Of a DNA stretch of 7,174 nucleotides, positions 1-6,236 are shown in pieces. Under the pieces are notes generated by a model. The model did not search any database, was not told the origin of the DNA, and saw only the letters and a program-made list of their open reading frames with translations. This stretch comes from Octopus sinensis (lineage: Eukaryota): the NCBI RefSeq assembly GCF_006345805.1, contig NW_021828941.1, positions 1 through 7,174 of the forward strand, given 5' to 3'. Both the position numbers and the translations under genes were made by a program. Within the stretch, counting starts at the first letter, position 1; every line of letters begins with the position of its first letter.

Positions 1-1660
1 GCTCTCTGCGTGGCTGAGGCCATGTTGAGAGGGCCATTTGAACAGTAGTGGTCCCAAAACAGTGACCTGCGGAACACCGCTCACTATTTGCGTGTTAATG
101 GAAGTGGCCCCGGGTTACTACCACCTGACTTCTATCCTTCAGAAAGTCATGAAGCCATTCTCCAATTTTCCAACTATACCAACATCACGCAGTTTGTGAC
201 ATATCATTCCATAATCGACTTTATCAAAGGCCTTTGCAAAGTCGAGATATATCACGTACCACATTTGTGTGGTTGAGCAGTCGTTTCAGCCCAGTCATAG
301 TGTTGTAGGAGCTGAATTAGCAGTTCTTCCTGGTCGGAAACCATGTTGGGTGTCAGGCAGCAAGTTATTTTCTTCAAGGAAGGTGATTAGTTTCCTTCTG
401 ACTATTCGTTCCATTGACCTTGCTGATGTTGTGAGGTCAGAGAGATAGGTCTGTAGTTCTTGGCCTCCGCTCTGCTACCTCCTTTATGAATAGGGCATAT
501 TTTACCTTCCTTCAGTTTTCTTGGAAGTTTGCCAGTTGCAAGGAAGCTCTGAAAGAGGAAGGAACTGCAGTAGTCTTGCTAGGACTCTCTTACATACTTT
601 TAGAAGGATCGCCGGGGGGAATCCATCGGGGCCAGTAGCTGAGTTTGTTTTCATTTCATCTATAGCCTTTATTACATCGTCTTCCTTTATATTGATTTAA
701 TCAATCATCGCTGCCTCTGATTTTATATCTGCAGTGGTAAGAAGTCAGTTAGATTGCTGATTTGGAAATGCCAAGAGGTGGAGTGAAAACACTCTTGAAT
801 GCTCAATTAGTATTTCACTTACCCTCATTGGATTTCCTGTGAGTGTGCCATCCTTTTAAGGAGTGTGCCCATCCTACAGTGCACCGTAGCTGTTTCTTTG
901 GCATACATGTAGAGAAAGCTCTGGTGTTAGATTTTATGTTGTCTATAGCCCAGGCTTCTTTGTCTGCACTTTCCTTTTCATGGAGAGAGTGCAGACATTT
1001 TTCGATTTCCAACAGTTCTATTCAGGCGGGGACTTTTTCACTGCTTTCAATTTGTTTGTTTAGCCGATTTGAAACTTTTGTACGCACCGTTCATTAGAAT
1101 TTTCCTCTCTCTGGGGATTTCGTTCTTGTGTACAGTGGCCTTTCTCTCTGGGACACCATTGTAGCATATGGCTTGCATTACAGACATGAAATGTTGAAGT
1201 TTCATGTCGATGTCTGGCGAGGAGAGACATTAGGCCAGTTTTGTTTGAGGATCTCTTCTCAATTTGTTTCCAGTTTGCCTTATGGAAGTCAAGCTGGAAG
1301 ATTCTGAGAGTTTCTTGTAGGCTGCATGCCATGCTTTCCTTTGGCCGTACATGGTCAGCTCTACCATGTTGTGATCCGAGAGTAGTGTCGGTGTCACTTT
1401 CACATTATGGATGAGATCCATATATTTGTGAGGTGAAGCAGAGATCTAGTATGTACCTGCCCTGTTGGTTGAGTAGTGGAGTACTTGCTCCATGTACAGG
1501 GTGTTGATGAGGTTCAGGAGGGACCCCGCTGTCCTCGTTCACATCGTGTCATTACTGGGAGAGAAAGGCTCGGGCCATCTGAAATTAGGTAGATTGAAAG
1601 TCTCTCATAATAAGTACACTTATGTGTTGTTCTAATGTGACTAGAACTTCTATTTTTATA
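1..1660 (-). mobile_element. Degraded CR1/L2-group LINE ORF2 (APE endonuclease C-terminal half, linker, RT domains up to motif 4); runs off the left edge
   Basis: Hand translation of the minus strand across several frameshifts gives motifs in the expected order: VLIMRDF(N)LPNFRW (GDFN-like, 1593-1605), ILDLCFT, LSDHN (SDH, 1371-1379), DFHKANW, NIKSNTRAF, ATGPDG (GPDG at 622-633), NYRPISLTS (432-458), QHGFRPGR (325-348), YLDFAKAFDKV (217-249), GVPQVTVLGPLLF (40-78). The YADD motif should lie just beyond position 1. Non-LTR RT identity is firm; CR1 versus L2/Crack assignment is by motif recollection only. Confidence 0.85.
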
Positions 1661-1668
1661 CGGCAGTC

Positions 1669-1704
<36 letters not shown>
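1669..1704. repeat. (TA)n microsatellite ending in AA
   Basis: Directly visible; abuts the 5' end of SINE F1 copy A. Confidence 0.95.
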
Positions 1705-1706
<2 letters not shown>

Positions 1707-2003
1707 GGAGGCGCAATTGGCCCAGTGGTTAGAGCAGCGGACTCGAGGTCGTAGGATCGCGGTTTTCGATTCCCAGACCGGGAGTTGGTGTGTTTATTGA
1801 GCGAAAAACACCTAAAAAGCTCCACGCAGCTCCGGCAGGGGGGGGGGTTGATCTCTACTGTACCTTTCACCACTATTTCTCTCACTCTTTCGTTGTTGGC
1901 CTGCTCGCTTAGCCAGCGGGGGTGGCGTCATTCGATGGCTAAAACGAACGCATTGTGACCAGCGATGTGTAGCAATATCTGATGGTCTGGTCGGTCACGT
2001 GAT

Positions 2004-2011
<8 letters not shown>
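1705..2011 (+). mobile_element. tRNA-derived SINE, family F1, copy A (full length)
   Basis: A box TGGCCCAGTGG (1718-1728), B-box-like GGTTTTCGATTCC (1761-1773), 3' end GGTCACGTGATCACGTGAT. A second, similar copy lies at 5755-6046 on the minus strand (roughly 85% identical by eye). Confidence 0.9.
1718..1773 (+). promoter_or_regulatory. Internal RNA Pol III type-2 promoter (A and B boxes) of SINE F1 copy A
   Basis: TGGCCCAGTGG matches the TRGCNNARYGG A-box consensus. GGTTTTCGATTCC resembles the GTTCGANNC B box with extra T residues. Confidence 0.7.

Positions 2012-2052
<41 letters not shown>
2011..2052. repeat. (TA)20 microsatellite ending in AA
   Basis: Directly visible; ends TATATATAAA like the tract at 1669-1704. 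Confidence 0.95.
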
Positions 2053-2053
<1 letters not shown>

Positions 2054-2061
2054 AAAGTGAA

Positions 2062-2096
2062 GATGTAAGGTAATGGGGCGAGTGTGTCTCCCTGCA
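2062..2096 (-). mobile_element. Orphan ~35-bp fragment of RTE RT motif 4 (QGDTLAP)
   Basis: 2072-2096 is a 25/25 exact direct repeat of 4228-4252 (AATGGGGCGAGTGTGTCTCCCTGCA); 31/35 identity when extended to 2062. Confidence 0.8.
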
Positions 2097-2108
2097 TAAT
2101 AATAATAA

Positions 2109-2407
2109 GGAAGAAAGAAAAGTTGAGAGATATAACAGGTTAGATTGGGAAGTTAAGCAGTTGTGGTCGATAAAAAAGGTGGTAGTAGTACAATAATTGT
2201 CGGAGTCCTGGGAACAGATGAGCAAAATCTCGAGAAGTACGTGGAACAAATAAGGGCTGCAATAAAGGTGGAGGCTTACAGAAAACATCACTGCTTTGAC
2301 CGTCGAATACACCGGAAGGTGCTCGACAAAATAAGGAGGTGTTACCTAGTTAATGGAATGAACAGCTGGAAAATGAGTACATATCCAGGGTTGAAAGTGG
2401 GCAAAGG

Positions 2408-2408
<1 letters not shown>
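2109..2408 (+). mobile_element. 5'-truncated 3' end of an R4/Dong-clade (restriction-like endonuclease) non-LTR retrotransposon
   Basis: With frameshifts it reads EERKVERYNRLDWEVKQLWSIKKVVVV / IIVGVLGT..KNLEKYVEQI..IKVE / LQKTSLL / RIHRKVLDK. This matches my recollection of the R4/Dong/Rex6-type ORF C-terminus (KYxDLxxExxxLWxxxxxxVxPIxxGALG...LQKxxLLGTAxILRKVL). About 70 nt of 3' UTR follow, then (AAT)n; (TAA)4 lies directly upstream at 2097-2108. Confidence 0.7.
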
Positions 2409-2439
<31 letters not shown>

Positions 2440-2549
2440 TAATAATAATATAATAATAATAATAATAATATAATAATAAATAATAATAAATAATAATAAT
2501 AAATAATAATAATAATAATAATATATAATAATGATAATAATAATCATTG

Positions 2550-2584
<35 letters not shown>

Positions 2585-2588
2585 AATG

Positions 2589-2621
<33 letters not shown>

Positions 2622-2773
2622 TAATAATAATAATAATGATAATAATAAATAATAATAATAATAATATAATGATAATAATAATAATAATAATAATATAATG
2701 ATAATGTAATATAATAATAAATAATAATAATAATATAATAATATATAATAATATAATAATAATGATAATTAAT
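2409..2773. repeat. Long imperfect (AAT)n microsatellite (~365 bp) with GAT variants and 1-nt indels
   Basis: Directly visible; source of the spurious poly-Ile/Tyr/Leu ORF 2350-2799. Confidence 0.97.
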
Positions 2774-2988
2774 GAAAAAGAATAAGAAAGAAAATCCAAA
2801 TTATAGAGACGAGAAAGATAGGTCTAGAAAAAAAAAAACATGAAAACGTAAGAGCGAAGCATTTGTATGGGCACACAAGCTGAGAATTAAGATGGGGGCC
2901 AAAAGAAAGTTAACCCTAAACGAATCATGAGAAAGGCGAAGAAGAAAGGAGAAAATAATTGAAGCCATAAGTGATTATAGGGCGAAGT

Positions 2989-3151
2989 TATATATTATAA
3001 TATATATAATATTATATATTATATATATTATATATATATATATATATAGATATAAGATATTATATATATAGATATATATATAAATATATGTATATATATG
3101 TAGATTATATATATATACATATGTAATATTTATATGTATGTATATAATATA

Positions 3152-3196
<45 letters not shown>

Positions 3197-3233
3197 GGTA
3201 TGTGCGTGTGTATATATAGATTAGTATATATAT
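2989..3233. repeat. Compound (TA)n/(TG)n microsatellite
   Basis: Directly visible. Confidence 0.93.
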
Positions 3234-3385
3234 ATTCTCTTTAATATTACTCTTTACTTGTTTTAGTTCATTTGTCTGCCGGCCATGCTGGAGCACCGCC
3301 CCAGGACTTATTCTTTGTAAGCCTAGTACTTATTCTATCGGCCGCCTTTTGCCGAACTGCTAAGTTACGGGGCGTAAACACACCA
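3234..3385 (-). mobile_element. tRNA-derived SINE family F2, 3' portion (left half of a copy split by the RTE insertion)
   Basis: Ends at TAAACACACCA (3375-3385), which recurs at 4888-4898 where SINE-like sequence resumes; short CTCTTTA tail repeats at 3237-3256. Contiguity of the two halves matches a common octopus SINE as I recall it; not checked against a library. Confidence 0.7.
3375..3385 (+). repeat. Left target-site duplication TAAACACACCA
   Basis: Identical 11-mer at 4888-4898; extends to 15 bp with one mismatch (TAAACACACCA-T/G-CAT). Confidence 0.85.
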
Positions 3386-4577
3386 TCATCATCATTGTTC
3401 GACCGTGGTCGAGACACATGCAATTTTTACTATGTTACGCCAGACTTAACGGTCAATCATAGCATTACGGAGGTCCCGTGGCTGGATGCCTGTATCCCTG
3501 GAGATTACATCAGTGTTTGAGATACCCTCTGGTATCGCGAGCAGATGGCTTCCAGAGGAGAAGAGTAAAAATTACCTCGTTTTCAGCTCCACAACAATGT
3601 CCAGCAAGAGATGACACAGGTGGTAGTTTCCCATATATTTGTACTTTGGTTGGATGAAGCTTCCACGAGAATTTTTGAGCTCTCATAAGGAGGCGAGTGT
3701 AAGTTCCATCCAACCACCTCTCAAGCTTCTTTGATAACATCCAGGTTTCTGAGCCATATAGTAGAATTGGTTCGACTGATTTAACTTTGAAATCTCTACT
3801 TAGATTTGATGACCAGATCTTATGCATATCATTACAGGCTGACCAGGCCATACCCTTTCTAGTTAGAAAATCTTTTTCAGATGATGATATGTATGACCCA
3901 AGATATTTGTAATCAGAAACCATATTTAAGAGCGTATTGTTGAGAGTATGGATGATGAAATCACTGTTGGACAGGCATTTGTTTACATATTCAGTCCTGG
4001 ACTCATTGAGGTAAAGACCTACACAATTTGAGGCTTGTTCAAGAGATTGTAAAAGAGACTGGGCGTTGGAGAGGGAATCACTGATAAGAGCGATGTCGTC
4101 AGCAAAGTCAGTGTCTGTTAAGTATTCAGCTGGGTGTCTGGAACTTCTAGGTTTTATTTCAAAGCCCTTACCAGAAATGGTATCAACTGACATACGTAGC
4201 ACATAGTCAACGACAATGATGAAGAGAAATGGGGCGAGTGTGTCTCCCTGCAGTATTCCGGCTCTGATTGAGGAAGATGATGTTTCCCCATCAGGGGATA
4301 AGATGATTGAAGACGTATCTGTGTAGAGGACCTTGATGGCAGAAATGATTTTGTCTGGAATCCCATAGAGCTTAAGGATTTCAAACATCTTCTACCTATC
4401 TACAGAGTCGAACACTTTAGAAAAGTCTAAGATCGCGATTAAATGCTTTTGATTCTTCAATGAGTCTGCGTAGGCATAGTATTTGGCTCAACGTGAGCGC
4501 CCATGTCTGAATCCATTTTGGTTCTTTCGGAGCAAAGGTTCAACAAAAGGGACGAGACGGTTTAGAATCAGTTTGTT
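3386..4577 (-). mobile_element. RTE-group LINE, 3' segment (RT domain to (TGA)n tail)
   Basis: Minus strand: NKLILNRLVPFVEPLLRKNQNGFRHGRS (NQNGF 4509-4523), TLSQILCLRRLIEE, DFSKVFDSVDR (4395-4427), LQGDTLAPFLF, DFADD (4095-4109), YKYLGS (3894-3911), LLYGSETW, AGHC, then DVISRDTG...STTVEQ followed by TGATGATGA (3394-3386). Confidence 0.9.
3510..4388 (-). pseudogene. Open 292-codon stretch of RTE ORF2 (RT core and C-terminal region); non-functional fragment
   Basis: ORF track entry carries LQGDTLAPFLF, FADD and YLGS motifs. It is preceded by an in-frame TAG (4392-4394), lacks the endonuclease and ends at a frameshift. Confidence 0.85.
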
Positions 4578-4887
4578 CTAATTCTCCAAATGTCATCGAA
4601 CCCAGAAACCATCTAACGTCTATATCACTAGCTTACCACCGTTCTCCATTCCAGTCACTGAAGATCTAACTCATAACTGCCAAGAAGAATCTTGATGATG
4701 CTTACTTGAACGCCGAGGTCGAATTTGTCAACGGCAAAATTAGCAAACTATCCAAAGAGCACATTAGTAAAAAATACCATCTTGCCTGGAAATCCATCAA
4801 AGACCTATCAGGCAAAAATTCTGGGTCATCAATTAGAATCAAAGGGGGATCAGCTAAGAAGCGTTTAGAAAATTGGTCAACTCATTT
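4578..4887 (+). mobile_element. Inverted 5' segment of the RTE-type ORF2 (EN-RT linker region)
   Basis: One plus-strand frame reads NSPNVIEPRNHLTSISLAYHRSPFQSLKI*LITAKKNLDDAYLNAEVEFVNGKISKLSKEHISKKYHLAWKSIKDLSGKNSGSSIRIKGGSAKKRLENWSTHF(K), with a single stop at 4667-4669. This resembles the WKxIxxLSG...WxxHF linker that precedes the RT in such ORF2 proteins. It lies inside the TSD pair. Confidence 0.75.
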
Positions 4888-4898
4888 TAAACACACCA
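4888..4898 (+). repeat. Right target-site duplication TAAACACACCA
   Basis: Identical to 3375-3385. Confidence 0.85.
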
Positions 4899-5041
4899 GC
4901 ATTGGTTGTCAAGCGATGTTGGGGGGACAAACACAGAAACACAAGGCACCAACACACACACACACACACACACACTTATTTATATAACATATATACGATA
5001 CGACCGGCTTCTTTCAATTGCTGGTCTGTCACCAAATCCAC
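4888..5041 (-). mobile_element. SINE family F2, continuation (middle portion with internal (AC)n/(TA)n and diverged central domain)
   Basis: Resumes the SINE interrupted at 3385; (AC)n at 4952-4975; 4999-5041 is a diverged copy of the motif at 5149-5189. Confidence 0.65.
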
Positions 5042-5090
5042 GATCGTACCAATTACCGAAGATAATTCTTGTTGCTTACTTTGATTATAT

Positions 5091-5094
<4 letters not shown>

Positions 5095-5150
<56 letters not shown>
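5095..5150. repeat. (TA)n microsatellite
   Basis: Directly visible. Confidence 0.97.
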
Positions 5151-5151
<1 letters not shown>

Positions 5152-5314
5152 GACTGGGCTTCTTTTCAGTTTCCGTCTACCAAATCCACTCACAAATCTT
5201 TGGTCGGCCCGAGGCTGTAGTAGAAAACACTTGGCCAAGGTGCCACGCAGTGGATTGAACCCGGAAACATGTGGTTGGTAAGAAAGCTACTTACCACACA
5301 GCCACTCCTACGCC
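5149..5314 (-). mobile_element. SINE family F2, tRNA-derived head plus central domain
   Basis: Minus strand starts GGCGTAGGAG; A-box-like TGGCTGTGTGG (5304-5294), B box GGTTCAATCC (5261-5252), then GGATTTGGTAGACGGAAACTGAAAAGAAGCCC ending in (TA)n. Confidence 0.85.
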
Positions 5315-5317
5315 TAT

Positions 5318-5366
<49 letters not shown>
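5315..5366. repeat. (CA)n(TA)n compound microsatellite
   Basis: Directly visible. Confidence 0.95.
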
Positions 5367-5423
5367 AATTATATACCCATCCACACGAGTGATGGCCATC
5401 TATATGTACCAGTATAGGTCGTA

Positions 5424-5460
5424 TGTGTGTGTGTGTGAGAGAGAGAGTGAGAGGGAGAGA
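5424..5460. repeat. (TG)n(GA)n compound microsatellite
   Basis: Directly visible. Confidence 0.9.
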
Positions 5461-5684
5461 TTGGAAATGCGCGGTGCCTATTATAATGTTGTTCAGTTAA
5501 AGATTAGAGATAAAGTGTCTTAAGAAGTTTATGTGGTATAATCTATTTTGGGCCGGAAATGAGTTAATTGAAGAAATCTTAAACAATATTACAATATAGA
5601 GGTCGCTCCGTACGTTACAGCGACGGATGTTCCATTTGATCAGCTGAACAGCCTAAGTTTTGCTTCCAACAACAACAGGTTCCC

Positions 5685-5715
5685 GATTCAGTAGGCGGAA
5701 ACTAAAAGAAGCCCG

Positions 5716-5719
<4 letters not shown>
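5685..5719 (+). mobile_element. Isolated fragment of the SINE F2 central domain
   Basis: GATTCAGTAGGCGGAAACTAAAAGAAGCCCGTATA aligns with the reverse complement of 5149-5186 (GATTTGGTAGACGGAAACTGAAAAGAAGCCCAGTCGTA). Confidence 0.7.
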
Positions 5720-5751
<32 letters not shown>

Positions 5752-5754
5752 ATA
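5716..5754. repeat. (TA)n microsatellite
   Basis: Directly visible. Confidence 0.95.
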
Positions 5755-6046
5755 ATCACGTGATCACGTGACCGACCAGTAGTTACACATCACTGGTCAC
5801 AATGCGTTCGCATTGTTTTAGCCTTCGAATGATGGTATTGTAAGTGAGCAGGCCAACAGAAGAAAGAGTGAAAGAAAGAGTGGTGAAAGAGTACAGCAGG
5901 GATCACCACCCCCTGCCGGAGCCTCGTGGAGCTTTTTTTATGTGTTTTCGCTCAATAAACACTCACAACGCCCGGTCTGGGAATCGAAACCGCGATCCTA
6001 CGACCGCGAGTCCGCTGCCCTAACCACTGGGCCATTGCGCCTCCAC
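5755..6046 (-). mobile_element. tRNA-derived SINE, family F1, copy B (full length)
   Basis: A box TGGCCCAGTGG (6034-6024), B-box-like GGTTTCGATTCC (5991-5980), same GGTCACGTGATCACGTGAT 3' end; colinear with 1705-2011, with two small internal deletions. Confidence 0.9.
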
Positions 6047-6047
6047 A

Positions 6048-6113
<66 letters not shown>

Positions 6114-6236
6114 CATATATATATTATATAAATATATATATATATTGTATATAAATAATAATAATGATAACAAGCAACACACAACAACAACAACAACAAA
6201 ACAACAACAATAATAATTAATAATAATAATAATGAT
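6047..6236. repeat. (TA)n/(TACA) tract followed by (AAT)n/(AAC)n compound microsatellite
   Basis: Directly visible. Confidence 0.93.

Noticed and set aside
88-1097. Plus-strand ORFs 88-276 and 843-1097
   Set aside because: Antisense to the CR1-like ORF2 remnant; no independent motifs.
1705-1780. Possible tRNA genes at the SINE heads (also 5975-6046 and 5245-5314)
   Set aside because: A and B boxes are present, but each continues into a SINE body, with no complete acceptor stem or T-run terminator after the B box.
2350-2799. 149-aa hydrophobic ORF (poly Ile/Leu/Tyr) that looks like a membrane protein
   Set aside because: Simply the antisense translation of the (AAT)n array.
2910-2919. Telomere-like TTAACCCTAA
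   Set aside because: Only about 1.5 units; expected by chance.
3510-4388. Functional or domesticated reverse transcriptase gene
   Set aside because: In-frame stop just upstream, a frameshifted C-terminus, no endonuclease, and it lies inside a TSD-bounded truncated insertion.
5597-5655. Fragment of a third octopus SINE (GTTACAGCGACGGATGTTCCATTTGATC...AACAGCCT)
   Set aside because: Resemblance rests on memory alone, with no second copy or promoter boxes in the window, so it is not listed as a feature.
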